DNA of 64,000 nt from Lytechinus pictus (taxonomy: Eukaryota), in assembly GCF_037042905.1 (NCBI RefSeq), contig NC_087251.1, forward strand, positions 37,450,001 through 37,514,000, given 5' to 3'. The position numbers and the translations under genes are program-made. The notes under the pieces were generated by a model. It was not told the origin of the DNA, did not search any database, and saw only the letters and a list, made by a program, of their open reading frames with translations. Positions 1 through 15,200 of this stretch are shown in pieces (position 1 is the stretch's first letter; every line of letters starts with the position of its first letter).

Positions 1-111
1 CATATTTCAATGTATATAATGACCTCTGTGACCTTTGACCTTGTGACCCCAATAGCTAATCTGATTTTGTTTTCTCCTCTCTTCTGTCCCCTCTTTCTCT
101 CTCTCCCATAC

Positions 112-267
112 CTTGTTAAGCTTGATCTGTAGGAGTCTCTGAAGCACCATAAGATCTCGGAGCTGTTCAATGAGGACATCCCACATGCTCACATCAACCC
201 AATCAGGTGACAAATCCGAGCTGGGCGTGGTCACATAATCTCCGTCTACGTCCATCTCATCACTGTC
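112..267 (-). CDS. RAB3GAP2: RAB3GAP2 coding exon 19
   Basis: DSDEMDVD...[25 protein letters not shown]; cag / GTATGG. Confidence 0.82.
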
Positions 268-3200
268 CTGTAAATGGTCAAGGGAACACGAAGTGACCTG
301 AAAGCAGTCATAACTCTTTGCCCGCCACGCACATCATCCCTCCTGTGCCAGATTAATTGTAGGTTGCAACCTTACAAGGGGTTTTGCATTTACTCTGCTA
401 ATCAACTCACACAAACTTTGGATTGGTTTATTGTAAAGTAGAGTTTGGTGTGTACACTGTACAATGAGATGCACACATCACTATTGGGTATGTGTGTATG
501 TACAATAGACCTAATGCACTCTGTGAATATTGTGAATGAAATTTCTGTCGTCTGCTGTAAGTCACTCTAGTCAAACAAATCAAGCAAATAAGCTAAAATG
601 GTAGGTGGTTGGAAACCAGCATGTTCACATACCCATCATCAAACATTGAATACAAAGAGGCCTCCATCAGTTTGAGAAAGTTCTAATGACAATACATAAG
701 GGAATTCAAGTCTCATAATGCCAATTCAAGCCATATCTTGGAGCAAGCTAACTTTTCAAATGCCTGCAGTACTTAAAAACTTCCAAAATGATATGTTCTT
801 TCTTTCTCTCAGTGAAGAAATACGTTAAGAATGCAGTCTCCTTGTCACCGAGGGGTTTCTAAAGGGTAGAATCGGTAACATCAAACTAATATAGAACAAG
901 AGTATCACAGGAGCATTAGGACTTCACTTACAAATAATCTTACACCAAAATACATTAAATTCATATGTACTCTTTTTGATCGATATTGCTTTAATTTACA
1001 ATTTTCTACATAATGTATGTTAACTTTGGATGCATCTTGTTTTGTTCTGTTTTTTTAAGATGAAAGGAATAAATACTATCAATCTATCAAAATCAATTCA
1101 ATCAAATAACATATTTCTCAAAGTGACAAGTTAGAGGCCAACTTTTTGGACAAGTATCATCATAAAACCAACCTGTAAACCTTTGGAATGGTCCACTTTC
1201 TGTCTATCCATATCCCTGACCAGACTTCTGACCACCATGCCTGCCACCTCGGCCCCACCCACATGGCATGTCTCATAGAGCAGCCCATGGATGATCTCCA
1301 TCTCCCTTGGGGGTATGTTGATCCCACCCAGGGGGCGAGGAGAGAAGGGCATGGTAGGAGAAGACACCTCTGTCATCAGGGAGTGGAGGTTGGTCGTCGT
1401 GGTGATGGCGTCTTTGAGGAATTCATTCTCATTGTGAAGCCAGACTTGGAGAAGAAGCATCTGAATACGAACAACAAAAATATAAAAAGCAATTCAGATT
1501 TCAATTGGTAAACTGCCAATTGGTCTACACCCACTTTGTCCACTTTCTGTTTGGTCTCATCCCATGTGGTCTAAAGGCACTGTCACATCATTCCAAGCAA
1601 GCCTTGAATGTGACTTGCCGGTGACTGTTTTGGTTACCTGCAGGCAAAGATACTACAAGGGGAAGATCGGGCAGTACATAGACTGCGTAATGAAACGCTC
1701 TGGAAGAGCGCCCTACAGCGTTGAGTAAGTAACAACCTTTTTTTACCTTTGCATATCGCGAGATGGTTGTGTACAAAACATATGAGAGAAATGGTGAAGG
1801 GGTGAAGGAATAGACAATTTTTACATTTTAGATTTTTTTTTCCTTAAATCAAAGATGAATATACTTCAGAGGTTTCTGGGTAATACAAGGTGGAATTATT
1901 CCCATGCGCCACCCTTGAGCCCTCTCCAAAATCCCCTCTCTCATTTCCCCCATATGTTTCATACACAGCTGCGTGCCGATGTGCGACGGTTTACTTACTC
2001 AACGCTTGCGGGCGTCCTTCCCCATGAGCATTTATCAAGCGTTTGGGAGCGTTTCAAAAAATCGTCGAAGTGTCCGATCTTCCCCTTGCAGTATCTTTGC
2101 CGCAGGTTGCCTGTAGGTTGCCCGCATTAACAGTATCTTGCACATATCTCGCATGCAGTTGCCGCGGGAGTGCACACAAGTCTGATTTGCATGCCAAAAA
2201 AGTTTGAACATGCTCAAAACTTGTTGTAGGTGAGTTACAGGTGATTGCCCGTAAATCATCTGCAAGGCTTGCACGGAACGATGTGACAGGGTCTTAATCT
2301 TCGTCTTCAACCAGTTCGTATATTAACCACGTGGTCTAATTTCCATTTAGTCCATTAACTATTTTGTATTATTTCAAGTTAGGTGCTACCAATTAGGTCT
2401 AATATCCACTTGGTCTAACAAGACTTACCCTTTATGATTAGATGAACTATTTATGAACCAAATTTTCATGTGCCAAAATGCGAACTAATTTGTAGATGAA
2501 GAGGAGTTTAGACCATTTGGGTATGAGTGGGTATTAGACTAATTGAGAATTATACTAAGTGGGTGTTAGACCAAGTGTAGTGCAGGCCACATTGTAACAA
2601 GCCCAATTAAATAAGACCAACTGGGTAGGCCTATGTGATATTAGAATGAGATCGAGGCCAACTGCTCATAGACCAAGTAAATATAAACCTTTGGTTGACC
2701 TAAAAGCAAGATTTGAATGTGTAAAGGAGAAATGATAAATTGGGTCTGGAAGATGATTGGAATTGTTGGACAGTTTGCTCCCTACAGCCAAAGAAGTCCT
2801 ATTCTTCCTATTCTTTCTTCATAGTGTCAACCTAAAAAAAAATTGTGAATGAACATCAGTTCTACTTGAGGAATAGGAGATAACCAAATGAACTTTGTTC
2901 TCTGCAATATCTGTAAATGTCATTCGGTGATCTTTCAATAAATTTGCTGCTTTGGAGATTCACAACATCAAGAGCAAACAGAGAAACATATCTTGACCAG
3001 ACTTTTAAAGTTTTTATAAAGTGTAACTTGAAAAATATAATACATTAGATGAAGATTGAATATGACAACTATTGACTTCTGCTTGCCTTAATGATAAAAA
3101 AAATACAGGAGGCAGAGAATGACTTTTCCTATGAATTTGAATTTTTGGCCTGTAATAGTTGAATACTGGTATTTTCAATAAAATCATGTGACTCTATGAA

Positions 3201-6200
3201 TGATTGGAATGTTAGGTGATACTTGAACATTGTTCATATTGTTGTCCATTTGTCAAAGCTGCAGGCAGGCATAAGTAATATGTCGACTGAGAGGGAAAAA
3301 AATTATATATGGGGACACAAAACGATTTGCCCTATGAATTTGGATGGAATAGTAGAAAAAAGATGTATTGTCAGCATTATCATCATCATCACCATCAACA
3401 TCATCACCATCATCATCATCACCATCAACATTACAATCATCATCACCATCATCATCATGCATACTTACAATGGTGTCATGTGAGCCTATCTCTGCATCTC
3501 TGATCACTTCACATAGCTCCAGAGAGGAGCAGCTGTCTACTAAACATGGCTTGAACAGGTACATACCTAGAAAGAATACATGTACAGGCAATTCATTCTT
3601 TATACTCTCCATCAATTTCATGTATTCAAATGAAAATCAATAAATTCATCAAACTGAATGATCTTGTCTAAGCATGATGCTGCTCATTAATGCAGCATGT
3701 AGAATACATCTTTTTCAGCTAATCATATAGCAAAGAAAAAAATGCTAAATTGTGTGGACATTTTTTTTTTAGATATTCAAATCCAAAAGTTTATGTACAC
3801 CAAAGACCTTCAACACAGATAAGCACTTGTGGACAGTTTTATTAGCTGTCCACTATATCATTATAATTGTTTTCCTGGCTTTTGTTCTCGTTCATGTTTA
3901 GATTGTTACCAAAAGAGGCGTTTATTTTGAAACATGGTTTGTAAATATGGGGAAAAATTCCAATATATACCTAATGTCAAACGTTTCTCTTCTGCCAGAT
4001 TCTCCTTGAAGGCGACTTTCATCTTGATTTCCTCAGCAGCTGCTGGAACTTCTTCCTCTGCATTCTCTTCCTGCTTCTCCTCCGTTTCATCTTCTTTTAC
4101 AGTTCCTTCCCCCTTTCCTTCCTTGTTCGCTCTTTGCACCACGGTCCTGAAGCAGCTCAGGAATGTAGCAGGATCCATGCTGTAGTCCGATTCAAAGTGC
4201 ACCCTCGCTTGGCCAGAAGAGGACAGGTAGGAAGTAATGTCATCCAGAAGAGACTCAAAAGAGGTCAAATCTTGTTTCAATTTTGAAGCAAGATCCTGGA
4301 ACAACATATAATAATCAGGTATTACCAACACACTTCACAATATATTAAGGAGGTAATGATACTAAATATACTGTTATATTTATCTGCACCTGAATACAAA
4401 TTGATCATAATTCATAGAGAGAAATGCCCTCTTTACTATGCACTCACTGTACAAGTGTAACTTTATCATTACTATTATCAAATCAATGAAACAAGCACAC
4501 TCTACATGTACAGTATATCAGGAATTATTTCTTTCCTAAAATCAAGTTTTATCATCACAATTGCTTGAATATACAATACACAGTATCAAACAACAAATAG
4601 GTTACTTTGGAATACATAAGCCATGTAAATACTTCGCATCACAGTAGGTTCGCTTCCAATATCTTCTCCACTTTCAGTACAGATTTAAATAATTATGTAA
4701 TGGGGAATTCCATAAAATATGTTCATAATAATTATGATAGTAATCATGACTTGGGCCATTATTTGTCTCTGTTTATATAGTTTTTATGAAAATTTGCAAT
4801 GTTCTCAAATGATCATGTCTCAGGCACTTATTGTAAGAAATTAAGTAAGAATGGAGGAAAATGGGGGTTGGGCATTCAAAAGCATTGATAACGTCACGGA
4901 TCTGCTCTCAAATTATAATGTATAGTTATTTACCTCTGCTGTGATTCTAGGAGTTGGGCCAACACCACCTTCTCCTTTCCCCTCTACTGCCCCTCCTCCT
5001 GTCTCGCTCCCATCCACTTCCTCCCCCTCCGTCCTCTCCTCTCCTTGTTCCCTCTTCCCAGCTTTCCTCTGCAGGCCTTGTATCTTGATGTAGGCCTCGA
5101 TGAGCTTGACCTGGCACCCGCAGTACTGCAGGAGACGTCGGCTCTCGTAGTCCATGCAGCTGGGATCCTGGCCGCCGAGCTGGTTGATGAGCACCCTGAT
5201 GATGTGGAAGAGTTCTTCTGAGGACATGCCCTTCGCTGACAAGGCTTTATCAAGGGCCTGGGGAGTGTTTCATGAAACCAACAGACAGTGACTTTCACTG
5301 ACAAATTTTCTCTGAGCCTATCAGACACAAGGATTTTCAGTTGTTCATAAACAATACAAGTTATCTAAACCCCTGATAACGATTTTGGGTCAAATGTCCA
5401 AAGAAAGGTGGATGAGATTGGCATAAAATCCAGGCACTGTTTCATGAGAGCTTTAATCTCTGAAAAACTTTTCACTAACACGTACCACACTAAAGTGCTT
5501 CTGCTTCTCAACCAATCGATAGCAAATATTGCATCAAAATTACCCTTGAATGACAACCTAAAGAGCAGAGTACATGCATACTGTCCATTAAAGGAAGGAT
5601 TAAGCCCTCACAGTACATCATACAGTATGTATTCACTTGATCTACAAGCAGTTGGTCGTCTTCTCATGGGCCCGTATTCTGAAGTCGGGTTTAACTTAAA
5701 CTCTGGTTTAAAGTTGTGGTTTAAGTATGGACAGCCAATTGTTACATAAATCACTATCAGTTGAGATATATTTCACCTCATTTGGCTCTCAAATCATTCA
5801 TAATTGTGTAGGAAGTATGAATAGATGATTGTCTTCACCATCGATGAATCAGGAAAGAGCACAGTAAACATAAGAAACATACAACTTAATAAAAATGTTG
5901 ACACTTTTGGCTTCCCATAATTTTAGCACAGAGTTAGACCGTGGTCTAAGTTAAACCTGACTTCAGAATATGGGCCATAGTCTTTACATGGGCTAAACAC
6001 ATTTGGTCTACTATCAATTAACTGCCGTTTGGTTAGAGCATGGGGATGAGACCAACGTTAAGAAGACAGAGCGAGTGTAGATGAATCTGCACTTAACCCT
6101 TCCTGCTACTTTTAAAGAAACTGAAATTTACTTGGTAATATTATCAAGTCATTTAACCTGTGCTGAAGCATTCCAAGGATTTTTGCTCGTCAACACAACC

Positions 6201-9200
6201 TTAACATAAATAACGTAAATATCTTACTCTAAGAAAATATGCCATCACATAAATAAGTGATAATAGTATTTCTGATGTCATTTACCTGTTGTTTATATGC
6301 AGTCAGTTTCAGGTCTTGCAGGATTTTACTGATCGGTTCCACAATAGGTTCTGGGGGAATGTAGAAAAAGATGAAGTGATTTACTATCATATAAGACGAT
6401 ACGTCTGATAATCTGATTACTTGACCCCAATCCTGCTGTAACGTGTCCAACGTCTCTGTATAATCAGCATTTGGGCATCGCTCCAATATTTGGTGTGACT
6501 GTGTTATGTGTGACTACGTTACAATTTTTTTTTTATAATTGATTACTTTTTTGAAAATTTGATGATCGGCCCATTTAAAATAAGGATAAGCAATAATAAT
6601 AATGACAACAAAAATTATAATAAGTAACATTTAAAAAGTGCTTGATACAATGTTTCTAAAGCGCAGCATACAACCATTCTGGCGTTAGAACAACTACCCT
6701 GATCAGGTGGTAAAGCATTTATTTCCTTACAACCAGGTACCCATTTACTTCACTTGGGTGTAGAGTAGCAAATTTAGATTAACACCTTGCCTCAGGATAC
6801 AAGTGCTGTAATGGGAATTGAACCCTGATCCTTGTGGTTCAAAGTCTGGAGACTTTTCCACCGAGTCAAAACATCAGTACTACTAGTAAAGGTCTTTTAC
6901 TGACCTTTGAGAGACCTCCGGTGATGTAGGAGACTCGATAGCTTCTTGATGAGGTGAAGATCATGGGCCCTCTTACTGTTCTTGTCACTCAGAGCAAGAT
7001 GGAACGGAACATTGAAGGTCCGTACCAGGCCACTAGGCTCTAGGAGACAGCACTGTAGCATGTGAGGTCTGGTCCGGGAATCTTGAACGGACAGGCTGTT
7101 CAGACCCATCACTCCGTATCCTGGGTATAGGAGTCTGCAATGAGCAACACAGAATTAAATTGAAATAGACATATTGTAATTCAATTGTGAACTATGATTT
7201 TCAAGCGAAATAAGTATGGATGCCAATGTGTAACACTCTATACAGACAAATCACATTATAAAGAAATAATAATTTTTGTTGTCATTGTAAATGGACTGCC
7301 AATATGTCATATAAAGAAAATGATTCTAATAAAACATTTAACAACTTAACTATTGATGAATTCTAATCAAATGATCATCAAGGCACATGAAACTGGATGC
7401 ATTGCTTTAGGCCATGACACAGACATTCATTTCATTCCATACTGCAAATGAGAGCCAGTTTTGCATTTGTATACTAAATAGTACTAAAAACAGGCAAAAT
7501 ATGGTTTGTAGCGTCTTGATGCCATATCACATTTGAAAGGACAATCCAACTCAACCGGACATTGTGGCATGTGTCTTTAATCCACCGTTCAACATTAAGT
7601 TGCATAATTTACAAGAAACTTACGTTCAATTGTAAAGTCAAGTGCTCCCAAATAAAGAGTATTAGGATTATGCAAAAAAGTTGAGTTGCAATTGAATGCA
7701 AATCAACTACAAATTTGAATTTCATCTAAGGACTTGGGCTTGATATGGAGACTTGAGCACCACTTGATTTCAAATTGAACGTAAGTTTATTGCAAGTCCC
7801 ATAAGTTATGTCAGCTGGGCCCCATCTTACAAAGAGTTACGACTGATCCAATCAATCATAACTCTATGGAAAGCCATCAGTGTCATAATTTTTTGTACAG
7901 GAAATTTGCAAACAAAGAGAAGCACGGGGAATTTTGGAGAAAACAATGAATGCATGAATATACATCATAGCTAGAAAACATTTTGAACAAACATGCATAA
8001 TAGATGTTGAAGTTGCTGGCCGTCCATAGATGCGATTGATTGATCAATCGCAACTCTTTGTAAGACGGGGCCCAGGTGACATTAAAGGTTAATCCCAGAC
8101 GTACATAAACTAATTGCTATAAATCTGTAAAACCATAACCCTGACGTAAGAACACTCACCTGCATGACTTTGGAACATTGAAAGCCGCTACGCGTGGACC
8201 CTGCTGCGTGTTCCATACCTCTATGATGCCTCTCCTGGGTGCGTAGATCACCAGGAAGAGAGCCACTCTGGGTCCATGCTTGCTGCCTGCACTGACCCTG
8301 GGCTTCTTACTGCCATGGTCTGAGGAACGCTCTCTGTGGATATCCTCTACGACCTGGATCCAACCGCACTGCGCATCGCGGTATCCTGACAGATCAAGGA
8401 GTTTCTATTATTGATTAATTTACCTTTTAATTATTATCCTAATTATTATCATAATAATAATATTAATACTAATAATAACAGCAACAACAACAATAATCAT
8501 AGTATTAGTAATAATTATGATAATAATAAACAAATAATATTTATCCAGGGTAGCCAATTCAGTTCTGAGAACTGTTGTACTAGTAGGCCCTACTTAACGT
8601 GATGTTATTACCCTAGCTTTAGCTTTAGCTAGGGTGTCTGTAGGCTCTCAAGCTATCAACAAATTTTATCCTACTGAGTACTCATTTATACCCAAGTTAG
8701 GAAGATTAATAGTTTCACAAAGATTTAACATTAGCTCAAAATTGCATGTGTGGGGTATACAATATATTACCACATTGGTCAGATCGTGATCTGGGGATGC
8801 GCACTACTGTGTATTCATAAATGAGGTTACACATTAGATTTGACGTTTAAGCATGACTCTTTCATAAGTCATATTTCAGTCTTTGTGAAACACCCAAGGT
8901 AAAAAATGAGTCAAACTTTTAGGTAGAGATATTAAAGATTTGTCTGTTTTCATTAAAATTTTTATTTCCACATTTACATATACTTTCAATTGTTTAGAAG
9001 AAATTAAATGTCCTGTAATAACATGTATGAATGATTTGACTATTACATGATTATGTACTAAAATCACTACAAACCAAAGTTCTGAAATCCTGGATTTACC
9101 ATGTGAACCAATCCACAAATCCTGACTTCTATGCATCTCATAGCATTAATAAGTGACACCTGAGCCCTGTTTCATGAAAACATATCATCAATGGCAATGC

Positions 9201-12200
9201 TCTATCCTATTAAGATAATGCTATTTGATTGGATGAGAGCAAACTTGGCTCAGATTTAAAGCCATTGTTATCAAACCAACCTTTTTTAAACCCAACACTA
9301 CTTTACCTTTCCACATGCGTACTGCTACTCCTCGGCTGACATCAATCAGAGACACCCTGCCAAAGCTATCAGTGCTAACTGCTAACCTCATACCAGGAGC
9401 TAATACAATGCTATCACCATGGCGACGGACATCCGGTAATCCAAATCTGCAAGGATACGAGAGAGACAGATAGAGATATCTATCAACCTGCTGACTGGTG
9501 AATTATGTAATTTTCATGATTATACTGGTGGGTGTTTCATAAAGCTGTTCGTAGGTTAAGAGCGATTTTAAGAACAACTGGTGAACCTTTCTTACGCGCT
9601 AACCCATTGCCAATGAATATTTAGAAGTATACCATTTACCACAAGAAAGGATCACCAGTCGCTCTTAACGTAAGAACAGCTTTATGAAACGGCACCCGGG
9701 AACCACCAGGCCCCAGAATATCGTAACTACTGAATTCTGTAATTCTCATGAACTTTGTGCAGAGTTTTATGTTAAGTGTGACTTTACAAACGACTGGTGA
9801 TCCTTTCTTGTGGTAAATGATACACCATTAAATGTTCATTGGTGATTATAATAGTGCGTAAGAAAGATTGGCCAGTCGTTCTTAAAGTCGCTGTTAACTG
9901 ACATACAACTTTATGAAATGGCCACCTGGTCCAGAAGGTGATGTATTAAATTGCTCTTAAAGTTAACTTCATTTGCTGCTTGTGTACCTAAAATAAAGCA
10001 GTAAATGTGATCTTATTTTCAAATTCATACAGCACAAACAAACCTTCACAGACAAAGATAATATTTATATGAAGTTAAGTTATAATTTCATTTCACATAA
10101 TTAAAACCATTTGAATGACCTGAATCACATAAGTCATTTTGAAATCTGTAGTTTGAAACCATGACTTATGTAGAATTCATGCATTGATTATGCTACATTC
10201 AGCACTTATATTGAAATTGCATCCCCTATGAATGTGTACATTTGCATCAGGGTGATAGCTAGTTACTTTATAGGTTATTGCATTAATAAAACAACTGTTT
10301 TGAGGAAATGACTCCACTGTTGGTTAACAGAGGAGTCATTTACTCAAAACAGTCGAATGTAAATGAATTAACATTAATGTTAATTAATTTACATAAGCAA
10401 TTGCATCATTAATACAATAACCTTAGTAACAAGCATCAATAATGATTTCTATGGCAAAAGTGAGCATTTATCATTACACGATTCATCAATGTACACAGTG
10501 AATTAACATAATCAATACATGAAATATGCGTAAGCCACTCTTTGAAAACCACAGATTCAGAACCAAACTTTGTGAATTTCGGACATCATGCCCATGCTTA
10601 CCTTATTGGAAGTGATATTGCAGGTTCAATTCTAGGTTTCGTCTTGCTAGGGGCTTGCGTGTCTGTATTCTGCTTGTTTCCACCAAATCCAAACCAACCA
10701 CTGTATAAGCAAGCAAAACAATTACCTAAGAAACCATGTCATCTTACATTACACAAAGTTTGAAGTTATGCCCATCAATTATCAGAGTTTTAACGGCTAA
10801 ATCACCCTCACCGCAGCAAAAAATAGGATTGTAGATTAATTGTTGTTCACTGAATTAAAGCATTATGTAGAGGTGTTACAGCCAAAGAGGATAAGGTCCA
10901 GTGTTCAAATCCTGCATTAGCACTTGCAAAATTTGGCAAGGCATTTATCTTCATTTGCCACTCTCCATCCAAGTGGAGTAATGGGGACCCTGTAGAAAGG
11001 AATTCCTTGATTTCTCAAGCACCTAATACAGGTAGCTATGCTAAAGCTGGGACAGCAATATGCGGCGCTTAGAAGCATTGTATTTATGCACTATATAAAT
11101 GTTGCATATCATTATTACTATTATCATTATAAGGTTGATATTCTAAATGGAATGAAATAATTCGATAAATGTTCAGAACATACCTTGCAGCAGAGAATAT
11201 GGCTGACTTGAGCTTGCTAGCAACAGCTAATGCCACATCAGAGAAAAGAGGTTGAGCACTTCCCTGGAGGAGTAGAAAAAGAAGCAGTCACATATAAATA
11301 AACAACCTTACAATACAGTTAAACTGTCTCCTGCAAAACTGTGTCCGAAAGATTGGGAAAGGTGGATTGTAATGCATTGATTGAAACTGCACCGTGAGCG
11401 TTCGTCCGAGTGGATTTGGCACGTTAATAATCATACATATTTTTGTAAGAAATCAAATCAATTCTGCTATGTCACACACACTGCACATACTAATGTTCAG
11501 CCAACACATGTCAGTTGTGCTTTGACAGATAATGAAAGTTAAGAAATTAAATATCAAGTTTTATTTTTATGAATTTTTCTCACATAAACTTTCATCCAAC
11601 AGGCCCTTGTAATAATAAGTTATGGACTACAGCAAGGTAATAATTAATGGTCATAATCTATCAACCTTGTTAGACAGATTCCACCATAATGATTTTGTTC
11701 CTACCTCTAGAGCAAAGAAGAATCCTAGGAAAGGTCCGGCACCTGTTGTGATATACTTGTGACAGACCGGGGGAGAGGTCTTAATGGATGCAGCATAGCC
11801 ACCTAGGGTTGAGGCTGCGTGGAGCTGGTCAAAGGAACAACTGGTCACAACACCTGCACAAAACACAATATATGGGGCACACATTATCATTCAGAATAAA
11901 ACATTAATCAAAATGGATAAGGTAATGTCCATAGAGTGTCTTCTTTACTAATATCCATTAATTCATTCACAATTTATTTCGATTTTACCTTATTAAAATA
12001 CCTCATTGAATATCCGTTGGTACCATCATATATAGCTCGCTCTTCCATGACAATATTTAAGGCATACCTGTGCTAATGTGGTCCACTATGGCATCTTGTT
12101 GCTGTAAGCCCCATTTCTTGTAGACAAGTGGTGGTGGTTGTATGTTGTCACTTCCACTGGCAGCAGCTGCAATATAATCAAGAAGAATGACATTTCTGAA

Positions 12201-15200
12201 TATTCATTCGTTCATTGATTCATTGCTTATTCAATCATTTATTCATTCATTCATAATTGGTGATTTCAAGTATGGTATTCAGTTTTGGTGTTGAGAGGAA
12301 TGAGAGCATGAAAAGGCTGCTGAACCAAGCTCCAACACTATTGTGGGTTTAGAAATAAGATACCAATCGTGTTATCGAGAGCTCATGACCTAACGCCTCC
12401 GTGTTATGCTGGAGATCGTCATAACTTTACCAAAGAATTTACAACGTGAAAGTGAAATCGGGGATAAATTGCAGTAAAATCCCACAGTACAGAGTGCAAA
12501 GGCTAAAATCACTGAAAGAATCTCCCAAAATAGATAATACTGTTCAATTAAATGTAGTAAGCTCTAATGATTTTTATCTGTAAAAGTTAATTCCATTGGG
12601 GTGTTTCATCCTGTTCACTGCCTGTTTGTGAGCTCCAGATCACCAATATCAAACTTGAAATCACAATTTTTTTAGTCCTTGGAAGTTGGTGGTGGTGTAT
12701 GAGGAAATTACGCGTAGATCTTCTCCATCTGCTAGGTTCAGCAGACGACTTTCAACCCCAATGCTCAAAACAAACTACCAGGGCCCTGTCTTACAAAGAG
12801 TTAGATTGATCCAATCACTCACAAATATGGAAAGCCAGCAATGTCAACATTGAAAATGCATGTTTGTATAAGAAATTTTCTAGAAATGATGTATATTCAT
12901 AAATTCATAGTTTTCTTGAAAACTTGGTGTGTTTCGCTTTGTTACAAAGGACATTTGTGCAAATTTCCTGTAAAAAATTATGTCATTGATGGATTTCCAT
13001 ATAGTTGAGGTCTATTGGATCAATTTCAACTCATTGTAAGACAGGGCCCAGAAATATTTCACATTTACCACGGGCAGCAAGGCAGTTTAGGTGTGTACCC
13101 AATTCGCCTTCATCGCCTTGGGTTAATACAAGCCCTGAACGTGTTATAAAAACTTCCCTTTGTTTACCTTTAGCCAGCTGATTCCGACATGCTCTAAGAG
13201 ACTGGAACAGACTGAAGCCATCCACTGTCACCAATGCTGTAGGATAGAGAATGGTAAGCTCTTCTTGCTGCTCAGCTACTCCGGCATGGCGTGGCATCTC
13301 ATACGTTCTACCTTTCAGTTTCAGGACAGGGTCTTCATGGAGGAGTTGAGAAAGGAGCAGGGAACCAGTCTGAGATGGATAAAGAAGCCATTACAGATAT
13401 GATATTCCCTCTGAAAAAAAATCTGAAAAATAGCCAAGGGTCGCTAAGTCACCGCCGAAGTCCGAGGCGCCCCGTTTGGGATTACAAGCTCTTGCATAGT
13501 AAAGAAATCGAAATGGAATTTCAAGGTGAGTCTGCATGATAGTTTTATCATTTGACTTTAAAAAGCAGTAAAAACAGCATGAGAATGTTCTTGGGCAAAG
13601 GATTTCATGTAAAAAAATAAAAATTAAAAAAATTAAAAATAAAAAATGTGAAGAAAAAAATCAACAACAAAATCGGAATTCCAATTTTAATCGGGAAAAT
13701 ATCATGCCTGCATTATGTAATTTGTTCCACCATATGTCTAGAGCAACTTTTCTCAAATGGCCCTTTCCTTTTTTTTCCAAATTCAATAGGTACTAAGTTA
13801 ACTGTTGTATTTTTACAAGAAGCACGACTGGTTTACGTATCAGCGACATTTAACTGTAATAAAGAAATCACTGCACAGGCCAGGTGACACGACTTGCAGG
13901 TTCTGTTTACATACAATATTCACTAGCATTGTTCACTTTAAACTAATCGATTATCCACTGACCCATTGCCAAATACCAGACACGACTCAACACTTTGTTA
14001 TCATTCTTTAAATGGGATAACAAGCCTATTTTGAAATAAAATATCAATAATCATGCTCATCTCAGTGATTCAAAAAGCACTATACCCGCCTACAGTCAAG
14101 GACTTTCATCTGCTCTAGGGCAAATTTTTATTACGGTTCATAGTTCCATATATTACGAGTAAACAGTGAAATAAAGTCTTAAAATATTTTGAACAGGTTT
14201 TGAACATAACAAAATAACTGTGACAGGTAAAAGGTCTAACAGTAAAAAAAAAATATATATATATATATATACCCAATTTGTAATAGTTAAAACACAAATG
14301 ACACATAACTCAACGTTTATTTCCTTCTGAACAAATCTCCAGACCAAATGAACTGGGGAGAATTGTTCACAAAAGCTCCTAAAATCATTGCATCTGATTG
14401 GCACAGAGCAAAGTAGCGAGTAAAATCACCGACAATTTGTTTTATGAAATGCTCCCCACATGATAATTGAATGAACCCATTGCAAAGATGAAAGAACAAA
14501 ATACATCTCAATGTAACTTTGTAAAATATGAAATTGAAATAATATAGTAGAATGACATTACTGGCATTGAAATATGAGCGCTCACCTCTGTGTACATTCT
14601 AACATAGCCCGAGGTGAAGCCTAGAACTACACACGTCCAGTCCGGAGCACCATGGGACGATCTCTTCTGTGAGGCAAGAGGGACACATACTGCACACGTG
14701 ATGCACTCCCTGAAACAAAGAGAATAAAAGATGTCAACCCTGAATAGATGAAGAAAGAAATAACAATGATGATGAGGAGAATGATATCTTAATAATAATA
14801 ATTGTTATTATAATTGCTTCCTTTATCAGAAATCTATAAGCACTCTCCAATAAATGTGGCATAAATTTCTATAACAAATTTACCATCAGTCAATCAGGTT
14901 GAAGGATTTCAGTGGCTAGAAACTGTTATTACAAATTTGTCATTACAAGTATTATGAAACGGGCCGGGGATACATCTCTAAATGCTTTTTCTCTTATGGC
15001 AAAGGTGCTATAGAACTATCCACAATTCTTATAATCAAAGGGGAAGTTCACCCTGAAGAAGATTTTGTTGTAAATATAGCGGAAAAAAATATTTAAAATA
15101 TTGGTGAAGGTTTGAGGAAAATTTAGGAAAGATTAAGAAAGTTATTAGAATTTTAAGTTTTGGATTTGTGACGTCATAAATGAGCAGCTGCGCCGTATGT

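Noticed and set aside
3223..3643. Poly-His, poly-Ile, poly-Ser and poly-Asp ORFs
   Set aside because: Translations of the (CAT)n microsatellite; only 3469-3566 is a real exon.
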